Part shown: positions 50,972 to 60,242 of the stretch, in pieces | Position numbering within the stretch: position 1 is the first letter of the stretch | How the letters are laid out: each line of letters opens with the position of its first letter | Assembly: GCA_965206595.1 (NCBI GenBank) | Contig: OZ242214.1 | Location: 6,784,001-6,848,000 of the forward strand | Source of the DNA: Candidatus Latescibacterota bacterium | GTDB lineage: Bacteria > Latescibacterota > UBA2968 > UBA8231 | DNA: 64,000 bases | Direction of reading: 5' to 3' | The notes under the pieces: model-generated | Database searches by the model: none | What the model saw: only the letters and a program-made list of their open reading frames with translations | What the model was told of the DNA's origin: nothing | Program-made: the position numbers and the translations under genes

Positions 50972-51671
50972 GTGGCCCGGCCTGGCGGCAGGGCGCCTGC
51001 GCATTCTCGTTCCGGCCATCTTTCCTTCGCGCTCAAAACACCGTGGTCGGATGGGACCCGCCATCTCCTGCTGTCTCCGATGGAACTGCTGGAGAAGCTG
51101 GCGGCTCTGGTTCCCCCGTCCCGGTTTCATCTCCTGCGCTACCACGGGGTCCTGGCGCCCCGGGCCCGCGACCGCATCGTGCCGGCCAAGCCGGTTGCCG
51201 AGCCGTCGGCGGCGGACGGCGATGCGAGCGCTGCGTCCTGCGGCCATCGGCTGCGGTGGGCGACCCTGCTGGCGCGGGTGTTTTCCACCGACCTCAGCGA
51301 ATGCGCGGCCTGTGGCGGGCGCGTGCGGATCGTCGCCGCCCTGACCGATCCGACCTCGATCCGGACCTATCTGGAGGGGGTAGGACTGCCGGCGATGCCC
51401 CCGCCGAGGTCCCTGCCTGAGCCGCTGTTCGAGTTCGCCGCCTGACCTGCCTTCGACCCGTCGCCGTCGCCGGGCGTACGGCGGGGTGTGCCCTCAACGG
51501 TCCCTCATGCCCCGTATTGATCCGGATATGGGCCCTACAGGCAACCAAACTGTACTGCGAGCTCGGTCGAAGGACTGGAAAAACGATCCTCAGGGAAGTT
51601 GCCAGACCCTTGCGGTGCGCTCAGCGCCTTGACCGAGAGTCCAAAAAGGTGCCTCATTTTGCCTATACTTT
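50972..51671 (+). mobile_element. IS91-family element remnant 1 (transposase 3' end plus ori end)
   Basis: KTPWSDGT, LAALVP, RYHGVLAP, WATLLARVF, CAACGG; ends ...CCTATACTTT followed by GAAC. Confidence 0.85.
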
Positions 51672-52341
51672 GAACCGGGAGATCCCCGTCGATCCGTCGT
51701 GGATGCCGGAGGGCATGACCATCGAGGAGCTCGAGCGCATGCGCGGCACCCACGAGCCGAGCGGGATCCTGCTCGAGGACTGGTTCGTCGAGCACGTGGT
51801 GCTGAACCCGGCCCTGACCGGGGTCATGCGCTCCCTCCTCGGCGCCCACATCGGTCTGCCGGTCCTCGTCAGCAACCACAGGGTCGAGTGTCCCGCCGAG
51901 GCCCCACCGAGATCGCCCCGCGCACCCACATCTCCCGCAGCGACGACAACTTCACCGGCGAAGGCGTCCTCGCCGGAGGGCCCGCCGGCACCCTGGGCAT
52001 CCACCACCAGAGCAATCCTCCACCGCCGCGGCGCCTCCACCGCCACGGGGCTGCGCCAAATGCTCAAGTACAACTACTGGCGCACCTCGCCCCCCTGCCG
52101 CGACTGGATCGAGGATCCGGAGTTGGACCCGCGCACCGCCTGGTACGACGGCCACGCCCACTGCCAGTACGTGGCCCACATGTTCTGGTGGCTGAGCGGC
52201 AAGGGGGACGAGTACCGCATCATCGGGGGCCAGGGCTGGCCCTTCCGCACCCCGAACCAGATCGGCCCGTCGTACGGGTACGGGCGGCCCACCGGGTACC
52301 AGCCCGACTGGCGCCGGACCCCGGACGGGTACGCGCGCTGA
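51672..52341 (+). pseudogene. 5'-truncated, frameshifted PhyH-like gene fragment
   Basis: High GC; GTLGIHHQSILHRR-like and MLKYNYWRT segments; begins at the IS end. Confidence 0.55.
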
Positions 52342-52569
52342 AGGGGAACAAGCCCGGGCCCTTTCTTCGGGAATTAGGTCGAGTATTGGCCAGGGACTGA
52401 GATGGACACCAGTTGCTGGGTGCTGCCGAAGGACCACAAGCGAACAGGGAGTTGGCACCATCCTGACCCTGGTCTGGGCTCGCGCCTTGACAGAAAAGTC
52501 CAAGAGGAGCCCTTTCTCCTCACTCATCGCAGTGGCCAGATTCCTCAAGCGATTCGTAGGAGGCTCCCT

Positions 52570-52899
52570 ATGAGAGTTAGTTCCACAGCTGACACTATTC
52601 GGCACCATCCACCCGAGGACGAGGGAACAGCCCAAATCGAGTTCGCTATCCCAGCAGAAGGTGGAAACTCAAGTGCTGGTGAGAAGTATGATTTCGAGGA
52701 GAAAGCTGTCCGCCTAGCGTGGTGGAACGCGGACGGTGGCTTTGATCCCATTTCATCCGCTGAACTTCCCGAGTGGGCAATTCTGGATGTCATGGAAGCT
52801 TGTGCCGCTCAGGATTTCCTTTCGCCACATGACGCAGCTTTGGTCATCAGGGTGTTAGCGGAGTCTATCGAGAGACAATGTGGCATTGTGAGCCAGTAG
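52570..52899 (+). CDS. Hypothetical protein (109 aa)
   Basis: AGGAGG RBS before ATG 52570; lower GC; no family recognised. Confidence 0.6.
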   Translation: MRVSSTADTIRHHPPEDEGTAQIEFAIPAEGGNSSAGEKYDFEEKAVRLAWWNADGGFDPISSAELPEWAILDVMEACAAQDFLSPHDAALVIRVLAESIERQCGIVSQ

Positions 52900-52901
52900 C
52901 C

Positions 52902-53500
52902 CTACCCTGAGATGGGACCCCTTGGATAGTTGGCGGCGGCCACGTCGGCGTTGTCGACGCTCCAGCACCAGAACTTCTCCAGGTACCCCCCCCCCCCCCC
53001 AACCAGCCGGGTGCCCTCGTCGTGGTCGACGTAGGGTGGCCGCGCCGGGCTGTACATGGTGTCGATGAGGTCGCGGATCAGGGCCGTCTCCACCCCCCAC
53101 TTCGTCATCTGCTTGATCCCGAAGGTTCGGTGGAGGACGCACATGTTGGTGTGCACGCCGAAGATCAGCATGCGGGTCACCCCACGGGCCTGCAGGCAGG
53201 CGTAGACCAAGCGGCCATCGTCCGCGATCAGGTCCCGCTCCGGGTCGATCTCGATGCCGGGGTGCTAGCGGGTCCAGGCCTTGTAGGAGTCGTTCTCGGC
53301 GGCGGTGGTACCCTGGTTGGCGGCGTCCACGGGCAGGGGCGGGTCGTACTCGCCGCCTCGCCGCCGGGGGCGAAGAGCTGCCCCACGAGGGAGCCGGGGT
53401 CCCGCGCCGCCGCCGGCAGCCCCTCCGCGGGGTCGGCCGGCTCCGTCTCCAGGGCCCGGAGGCGGGCCGGGTGCTCCACGTAGAACTCCATCGTGCCCGA
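52902..53500 (-). pseudogene. Isochorismatase-like hydrolase pseudogene
   Basis: GVHTNMCVL.R.FGI, RDLIDTMYSP...PYVDHDEGT...EKFWC; internal stop and frameshifts; 5' end missing. Confidence 0.7.
52986..53000. repeat. C15 homopolymer
   Basis: 15 consecutive C. Confidence 0.9.
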
Positions 53501-53541
53501 TACCTTGATCTTAACAGGTTTCTTCAATCAACAGGAAAAAA

Positions 53542-54216
53542 ATGAGCGAGGAAAGCAGCATCTGTTACTACACAAATAGATACAACAAACAATTCAGGCG
53601 AATTGAACATTACCAGCAATATCCTCAAATGATGCCGTTTGTCGGGAGAGGATACAAGGTAGGCGGTATACTTCTATTGTTAGAAAGTCACTATCTACCT
53701 GAGGAAAGTCGAGTTCATCTTGATGCAGAGGAATGGTATAACGGAAGGTCGGATTCACTCAGCAGTAAAGAAAAGATATGGATACATACTAGAGATATAA
53801 CCAATGACAGATATCATTGGGATGGAGGAAAATCCATAGGAAGAATAAATTTAGCATTGATAAAAGCGTTAGGGCAAGAAAGGGAAGAGAGAGAGAATAT
53901 GTTTCAGTATTTCTGCTACATGAATGCTTTTCAACGCCCTGCTACTCAAGGAATGAGCATACGAGAAACAGATTTGGACATAGAAAAATCAGGTGAGGTG
54001 ATTCGGCAAGTAATAGAGATACTCAAGCCCAGACATGCTTTTTTCCCTAGCAGTAAAGCTGCAGAGAACTTTATGGAATCGGTCGATCAACAAGACGTTA
54101 CGGTAGGAAAGACTCAGCATCCCAGTAGCCCTTGGTGGAATAGAGAATCGGGGACTGAAATGATTACAGGGAAAGAGCGATTTATCCGCTTAATTAGGAG
54201 GGCTACTCGTCCATGA
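53542..54216 (+). CDS. Uncharacterised protein with UDG-superfamily-like motifs
   Basis: AT-rich; PFVG..Y...ILLLLESHY, YMNAFQ, IEILKP, QHPSS. Confidence 0.6.
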   Translation: MSEESSICYYTNRYNKQFRRIEHYQQYPQMMPFVGRGYKVGGILLLLESHYLPEESRVHLDAEEWYNGRSDSLSSKEKIWIHTRDITNDRYHWDGGKSIGRINLALIKALGQEREERENMFQYFCYMNAFQRPATQGMSIRETDLDIEKSGEVIRQVIEILKPRHAFFPSSKAAENFMESVDQQDVTVGKTQHPSSPWWNRESGTEMITGKERFIRLIRRATRP

Positions 54217-54303
54217 CACGTATGTGGACATAAGAATATGGTTTCTATGGAATGCCCACGCCGATTGACCCGCATCCGCTCGGGAACTCTGAAACCGAGG
54301 AGT

Positions 54304-54543
54304 GAGATAAGAATCTGCTTTATTGGCGATTCATTGGTTAATGGTACCGGTGACGAGGCGGCTCTCGGGTGGGCCGGGCGACTGTGTGCTATGGCCAATG
54401 AGAGTGATATACCCGTTACCTATTACAACCTTGGTATTCGGCGGTATTCGGCGAAACACGAGCAAAGATATTCTGCTGCTCTGGAAGAGTGAATGCACCC
54501 TTCGGCTGCCGATTTCTGCGATGGTCGCATAGTCCTCTCATGT
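54304..54543 (+). pseudogene. SGNH/GDSL lipase N-terminal fragment
   Basis: ICFIGDSLVNGTGD...GW, YYNLGIR; a 10-bp duplication shifts the frame; breaks off before the GxND block. Confidence 0.8.
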
Positions 54544-54880
54544 GACGTTGCCGGCAAGCAAGTACACGTCGCCCGCCTCGCCGGCTTCGACGTGCAGGTT
54601 GTCGAAACTCGACAAGAGCGAATCGCACAAGCGGAGCGCCTCGATGTCGCCTGTCCCGGCAGGCACGTAGATGCTGAATCCGAGTACTGCGGAAACGTCT
54701 ATACGTCGCGCTCCGAGGGCCGCGTTTTCTGCGCTGGCTGGGGCGTACGTGCAGCGTATCCAAGGGCCCGGGGGTGTCCGCGTTGTAGGTGCGATTACCC
54801 TCGACGAAAGCGACGTTGCGCGCCTCGACGGTCTGCTTTGCGCTGGCCATCAACGCTTTGTGTACGTCTGAGTGTATGAC
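54539..54880 (-). pseudogene. Phage tail-terminator-like (DUF4128-type) gene fragment, frameshifted
   Basis: Joined frames: SDVHKALMASAKQTVEARNVAFVEGNRTYNADTPG/PWIRCTYAPASAENAALGARRIDVSAVLGFSIYVPAGTGDIEALRLCDSLLSSFDNL. Confidence 0.6.
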
Positions 54881-55098
54881 TCTTCCTCCCGTTCCTCTGT
54901 ACTCAAATATCTTTGGTGTGTCAAGCGTAACTGATTGCGCTACAATCGATTATTGTTATTGAATTGGGAATGCGAAGCTATGGGAAAAGGGGGGATTTTC
55001 TAAAAAAGTACATCCCGGGAAAGGGGTTTGGTCCTCGACCTCGACGGAGAGTTTCTTTACTCTGTCCCGGGACACCACCAACCAAAGGGGGGGAAGAA

Positions 55099-55557
55099 AT
55101 GACCGCTTTTCTGCTGCTGATTCTCGTTGCCTGCGGACCGCCCGATAGAGGTGACCAGAACGACGCTCCAGCTCCCCAGGTAACGACGCGGGAGGTAACG
55201 ACACCGGACACGACCGACGCGGGCCGAGGATTCGTGTATTTCAACGTCGAGCCGCATCCGTCAATGAGCCTCCAAACCGGGGAAGATAGCTGGGGTTACT
55301 TGGGGGAAATAATGAACCGCTCCGGTCAGAACTGGGCTATTATCGGGTTTCACTTAACGGTCTACGACGGAAACCAAATGATAGGGTTAGTACCGTTCCG
55401 CTTTACTGATTTCCGCAACGGGGAAATCAAGAGTTTCCTAACGCAGCCCGTTATAGAAACCGATTTCCCCGCCGATCCGAAATTTGCCGAGGAAGTCGGC
55501 CGACGGTTTTCCTACACGATCCGGTACGATTCCGGACATGAAGAAGATGATGAATGA
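55099..55557 (+). CDS. Hypothetical lipoprotein (FxLYD-like Ig fold possible)
   Basis: Lipobox LVAC; GEIMNRSG...FHLTVYD...NGEIKSF. Confidence 0.65.
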   Translation: MTAFLLLILVACGPPDRGDQNDAPAPQVTTREVTTPDTTDAGRGFVYFNVEPHPSMSLQTGEDSWGYLGEIMNRSGQNWAIIGFHLTVYDGNQMIGLVPFRFTDFRNGEIKSFLTQPVIETDFPADPKFAEEVGRRFSYTIRYDSGHEEDDE

Positions 55558-55591
55558 CCCGGGGGGTTACCGTCCTCGCTTCGCTTCGGGC

Positions 55592-55872
55592 GGTAGGACT
55601 GCCGGCGATGCCCCCGCCGAGGGCCCCACCTGAGCCGCAGTTCGAGTTCGCCGCCTGACCTGCCTTCGCGACCCCTCGCCGGGCGTACGGGCTGGGTGTG
55701 CCCTCAACGGTCCCTCAGGCCCCCGATTGATCTGGATACGGGCGGACAGGCAACCAAACTGTACTGCGATCTCGGTCGAAGGACTGGCAAACGATCCTCA
55801 CTCAGGGGAGTTGCCGGACCCTTGCGGTGCGCTGTCCGCCTTGACCGAGAGTCTCAAAAGGTGCTTCATTTC
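55592..55872 (+). mobile_element. IS91-family remnant 2 (last transposase codons plus ori-side non-coding region)
   Basis: Near-identical to about 51379-51660 (GGTAGGACTGCCGGCGATG...TTCGAGTTCGCCGCCTGA...GGCAACCAAACTGTACTGCG). Confidence 0.9.
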
Positions 55873-56195
55873 ACACTTAAGGCTTAAGGGTATTTCGCTT
55901 GGCGGGAGGGACGCTGTGATCTCTGCCGGTGTGCCCATTGGCGTCGGACTGCAGGCAAGGCCAGTCCCAATTACTGGTTCCGGAAGGTACTGCTGGAACT
56001 GGCAGGCACCATGGGTCAGTCACCTATTCAACGACCATATATGCGAAAATGCCGCGGAGATTCCAACTGGCGTTGAGGAGCTCGTCAGCGTCTAATGTCC
56101 CGAGTATTCCTTGGGCAACTGAGAGCGTTCGCGACGATGGTGAGGACATGGCCCTACAGCTCTAGTAATTTCCTTCGACAGGAATAGGAGAATCG

Positions 56196-57956
56196 ATGCA
56201 CCAGCAAGGCGGAACCATCAAAGAGGCGCTAGACAGCATCGCATCACATGGATATGTGCTGCCGGCAATCCAGAGGGAGTTTGTGTGGCGGCCAGAACAG
56301 GTATGCAATCTGTTCGACAGCGTGATGCAGGGCTACCCTTTTGGGGAGTTCATGTTCTGGAGGGTTGAGGCCCAGAATTCCGGCCAATACCGTTGGTACG
56401 ACTTCGTTCGGAACTACCATCAACGGGATGACCCGCATTGTCCTGAGCTTGGGCCCATACACCACAAGCCGCTAACAGCCGTGCTCGATGGTCAGCAACG
56501 GTTGACAGCATTCAACATCGGACTCCGCGGTTCGATGGCTGTCAAGCTCCCCTACAAATGGTGGAGCCGCCCGGATGCCTTCCCCAAGAGGATTCTGGCG
56601 CTTGATCTGTTGGCGCCTCTGGACCCTGATGAAGAAGGCAGTCGCTACGTCTTTGAGTTCGTCAATGAGGACCGCATCGGCTTGGAGGACACTCGGTTAT
56701 GGTTCAAGGTCCCAGACATCATGAGTTTCTCTACGGAGAACCCCGGCCCGGACATGTGGGATTGGATATCTGAACAGGGTCTTGATACCGAGCAACAACG
56801 CATGGGCTTTCGCACACTGAACCGACTCCATCAAGCCATCTGTGTCGGACTCGTTGTCGCCTTCTACGAGGAGAAGTGCCAGGACATTGAGCGAGTGCTC
56901 AACATATTCATACGGTGCAACAGTGGTGGGACACCCCTCTCCTACTCCAATCTTCTCTTGAGCATCGCAGTGTCTCAATGGACCCCCCCCCGTGACGCCA
57001 GGAGTGAAGTCCACGGGTTGGTGGATGATATGAACAACGTGCGGGCTGGGCTGCTGTTCAATGCGGACTTTGTCCTGAAGGCAGGGCTTATGCTCACCGA
57101 CATAGCCAGCGTCGGTTTCAGGGTTGAGAACTTCACTCACGAGAATATGGCCATCCTGGAGAAGAATTGGCCAGATATCCGTCAGGCCCTTGTGGAAACC
57201 GTAGAACTGATGGACAGTTTCGGGTTTGACAGCAGGACCATCCAGGCCACCAACTCACTCCTGCCCATTGCCTATTACCTGTACAAGAAAGGGGCGCCGC
57301 GGGACTTTGAAACCAGTGACCGCTTCCTGCACGACCGCAAGGTCATTCGGGGTTGGCTCACCCGGTCTATCCTGAAAGAGTCCGGGATCTGGGGCAGCGG
57401 ATTGGACACTCTACTGACCGCGTTGCGGGAAGTGATACGCGATTCGAATGGGTCCGAATTCCCGGCCAGCGAACTTAGGCGGGTGATGGCACAGAGGGGC
57501 AAGACTCTGGACTTCGGCGGGGAGGAAATAGAGGATCTGGCAGACATGCGTTTGGGGGACCGGCGTATCTTCCCGCTGTTGACCATGCTGTTTCCTCACC
57601 TGGAGTCCCGAGACGGATCTGACATTGACCACGTATTCCCAAAGAGCCGGTTTACTACCAACCGGCTGAAGACCGCATGCATTGCCGACGACGGGCAGAT
57701 TGTCGCCTTCCGGGATCGATGCGACCGCCTGGCGAATCTTCAGTTGCTGGACCGTTCGGTCAATAACGAGAAACGGGCTACTTTACCTGCGGATTGGTTG
57801 GAGATCCATTGCCCGGATTCCCAGGCCCGCCAGAATTATTGTGACCGTCACTTGTTGGGCGATGTTCCGGGAGAGATCAAAGAATTCACGGACTACTACG
57901 ACTCTCGCCGACAGAGGCTCCGGGACCGTATTGCTGGTCTGGTGAATGCTGTTTAA
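56196..57956 (+). CDS. DUF262 plus HNH/DUF1524-type protein (GmrSD family, type IV restriction-like)
   Basis: LPAIQREFVW, VLDGQQRLT, FIRCNSGG; C-terminal DIDHVFP...NLQLL...N. Confidence 0.88.
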   Translation: MHQQGGTIKEALDSIASHGYVLPAIQREFVWRPEQVCNLFDSVMQGYPFGEFMFWRVEAQNSGQYRWYDFVRNYHQRDDPHCPELGPIHHKPLTAVLDGQQRLTAFNIGLRGSMAVKLPYKWWSRPDAFPKRILALDLLAPLDPDEEGSRYVFEFVNEDRIGLEDTRLWFKVPDIMSFSTENPGPDMWDWISEQGLDTEQQRMGFRTLNRLHQAICVGLVVAFYEEKCQDIERVLNIFIRCNSGGTPLSYSNLLLSIAVSQWTPPRDARSEVHGLVDDMNNVRAGLLFNADFVLKAGLMLTDIASVGFRVENFTHENMAILEKNWPDIRQALVETVELMDSFGFDSRTIQATNSLLPIAYYLYKKGAPRDFETSDRFLHDRKVIRGWLTRSILKESGIWGSGLDTLLTALREVIRDSNGSEFPASELRRVMAQRGKTLDFGGEEIEDLADMRLGDRRIFPLLTMLFPHLESRDGSDIDHVFPKSRFTTNRLKTACIADDGQIVAFRDRCDRLANLQLLDRSVNNEKRATLPADWLEIHCPDSQARQNYCDRHLLGDVPGEIKEFTDYYDSRRQRLRDRIAGLVNAV

Positions 57957-58058
57957 CTGTCTATTCCACGGACGAAGGCTGCCCCATTGGTGGGCCTCAT
58001 CCGGGAATCATCACCAGTCCTTGACGGGATGGCTACTCGGGCCAGGAACAATCGGCCT

Positions 58059-58091
58059 CGACACCGCTTAACTTTTCGCGAAGCGGTGTCG
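58059..58091. repeat. 11-bp perfect inverted repeat between convergent genes
   Basis: CGACACCGCTT-11 nt-AAGCGGTGTCG. Confidence 0.7.
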
Positions 58092-58289
58092 TTGGGTGAA
58101 GCGGACCGGCCTCGGGGCAGATCTCTGCGGACATCGGGGACCCAGATACTGTGCTTGCTGCTCGCTCGTAGACAACGGCTATACACCATGCTGGTCGCGG
58201 AGAGTAACCTCCTCAGTGCCACCACAATCGTCGCCGCGCATTCGCACGCATCAAACGTGGAATCGTTTGTTTTTCACCCCGGTTAATGG

Positions 58290-59645
58290 TTAATGGATCG
58301 AAGGCATCCCCATGTCGGGGATTTCAGGATGTAGCCAGTAAATGCCTTTCTCTTTCAGAAGATCTTGGAAGGTACCGTCTTTTACCCTGTAATCCTTCCA
58401 ATTTATAGATGCGCCAATTAGACGATTTAGCCCAAACTTACCGATAGGAAATTCATTCCCGTCAGTGCCCGGGTAATATAGAGTAAAAACAATCTCATGA
58501 ATCGCTTTATAGCGATTCCTCCTCCACATATCACCATCCGAAACCCATTCGTATTTCGTCCACATTTTTCGCGTAAAATCGGACAGATGTCTCATGAATC
58601 CGATAGGATGCTTAAATTCACCTCTCCCGTAGTCCGCTATGTCCTCTGGGTCTGCACGCATATTCACAATTAACGTTCCCTCCGACGTTTCAATTTTTTT
58701 TATAATTCCTTTTCCACTTCTGACCCCTTTCGGGGTGAAATAGTTAAAATTAGGTCCTTTGTCTAGTACATTCTTTTTATACCGAACCTTATATTGTTCG
58801 GACTGTTCTCCCTTACCAAATTTGTCAAGGTCATAGGCATCTTTATACCATGTGAGAAGGTCAAACTCTACCCATCTTTCAAAGGTCGCTGCTTTATAAC
58901 GAAACCATCCTGCCGAATCCCACACCTCTTCTTGGAGGGCAAAACTTGATTGCAAAAAAGTAAAAAGTAGAGCCCTTTGAGTTTTCCCTTCTTCGAGAAG
59001 TACCGAGTTTGACGTAACCTGTCGAGAACCACTAGGATAAATTCTAATTTTATTGGCCTCATTATTCATGGGTCTATAAATCGTGGCCGTCGCCAAGTCT
59101 TGCCAAGCAAATAGGGATATGGAACGAGATTCCAAGTAATTATGGGTTTTGTAATATTTAAGCGCCTCCTCCAATAGCATCCTTGCGTTTTTTGTTTTTT
59201 CTTTGATATCCCCAAAAAATATAATCGAATCAATGAATGCCCCATAGACCTCTTCAGAATTCACGTTCTTTTCGTCGGGCTTAGAGGAATCAGTATCCTC
59301 ATTTTTCGAGTCGGAATCGGTATCAGCCGAGGTAGGTGAAGTAAAATCACTAACATTCTGAAAAAAATAAAAACCAAGTGGCGTTGTTCCTGTCGGCCAT
59401 TTGTTAACAATTATTTTTTGCGCGCTTGGGGCAGAGGCTTTGGATATTTCGGTGCTTGTTCCGGAAAGCATGGTAGCGCAGGCGGTCCAGACCGAAGAAA
59501 ACCATATTACCATGGCGACGGGCATTCGTCCCTCAATTCGAGTCCGAGTTTTGGGAAGGGGGAGTATTCGTTTTTTTTGGTCCATGTTAAAGAACAATAA
59601 TTGGCTTTGACAGCACGATCCCGAAATTGCCAAAAAAGACGACAT
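58290..59645 (-). CDS. Hypothetical AT-rich protein, possible lipoprotein (start may be 59585 or 59525)
   Basis: Long ORF in AT-rich DNA; hydrophobic stretch ending WTAC; S/D-rich linker. Confidence 0.7.
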   Translation of the reverse strand: MSSFLAISGSCCQSQLLFFNMDQKKRILPLPKTRTRIEGRMPVAMVIWFSSVWTACATMLSGTSTEISKASAPSAQKIIVNKWPTGTTPLGFYFFQNVSDFTSPTSADTDSDSKNEDTDSSKPDEKNVNSEEVYGAFIDSIIFFGDIKEKTKNARMLLEEALKYYKTHNYLESRSISLFAWQDLATATIYRPMNNEANKIRIYPSGSRQVTSNSVLLEEGKTQRALLFTFLQSSFALQEEVWDSAGWFRYKAATFERWVEFDLLTWYKDAYDLDKFGKGEQSEQYKVRYKKNVLDKGPNFNYFTPKGVRSGKGIIKKIETSEGTLIVNMRADPEDIADYGRGEFKHPIGFMRHLSDFTRKMWTKYEWVSDGDMWRRNRYKAIHEIVFTLYYPGTDGNEFPIGKFGLNRLIGASINWKDYRVKDGTFQDLLKEKGIYWLHPEIPDMGMPSIH

Positions 59646-59666
59646 AAGTAATTCATTCGGAATGGT

Positions 59667-59780
59667 TCAGCACAAAATCAGGTACAATGCTAACAGGAGC
59701 AGAAGCAAGGGAAATAACAGGGCCCGGAACACGAGCACCAAGAGGAGAAGCACCACGAGCAGAAGAAGAATTTCAATCAC
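59667..59780 (-). CDS. 37-aa very hydrophobic peptide
   Basis: GTG start, MIEILLLLVVLLLLVLVFRALLFPLLLLLLALYLILC*; AGGAAGG upstream. Confidence 0.45.
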   Translation of the reverse strand: MIEILLLLVVLLLLVLVFRALLFPLLLLLLALYLILC

Positions 59781-60242
59781 TGGGAGCGAGGCCCTTCCTG
59801 TACCCGGATTTTGCAATTATAACCGCTACCGCAATCTGCAAATTCATATAAGTTGGAACCCGAAATCTGCCGATTTCAGCTGGGATTGCACCGGCTCAGC
59901 CGACTCTCATAACGCAGGAGGTTTATATTGGGTCGGTTTCAGCGTCGGGCCTATGAGCACTTCAAGATATACGGCAGAGGATGCCTTGTGGATATTTTGG
60001 CTCCGCTCAGCGCTCAGCTGAACTGTCAGGTTGTCCTGTGATGGTATTCGCCTGACAGTTGACCATTGAAAAAGCGGTGGAGACCAACTTGGTTTAATTG
60101 GCTAGAAAACATGAACAAAGGCCCGTTATAGTGGCAAATTCTGAGCACCGTTTAGCTAAACAGCTTCCTTCATATCCACTTCCGTCTCTTCCTGTGTGGC
60201 ACAGTTTTTTCGGTCCAAGCTGATCGGCGATTCGGTTCTGCA

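Noticed and set aside
57951-58097. Possible integron attC site (GTTTAAC ... GTTGGGT) after the DUF262 gene
   Set aside because: The ends are not complementary beyond the AAC/GTT core, no L boxes are evident, other island genes lack similar sites and there is no integron integrase.
59662-60021. 119-aa plus-strand Arg/Ser-rich ORF
   Set aside because: Its composition is explained as the antisense of the Leu-rich minus-strand peptide; no family features.
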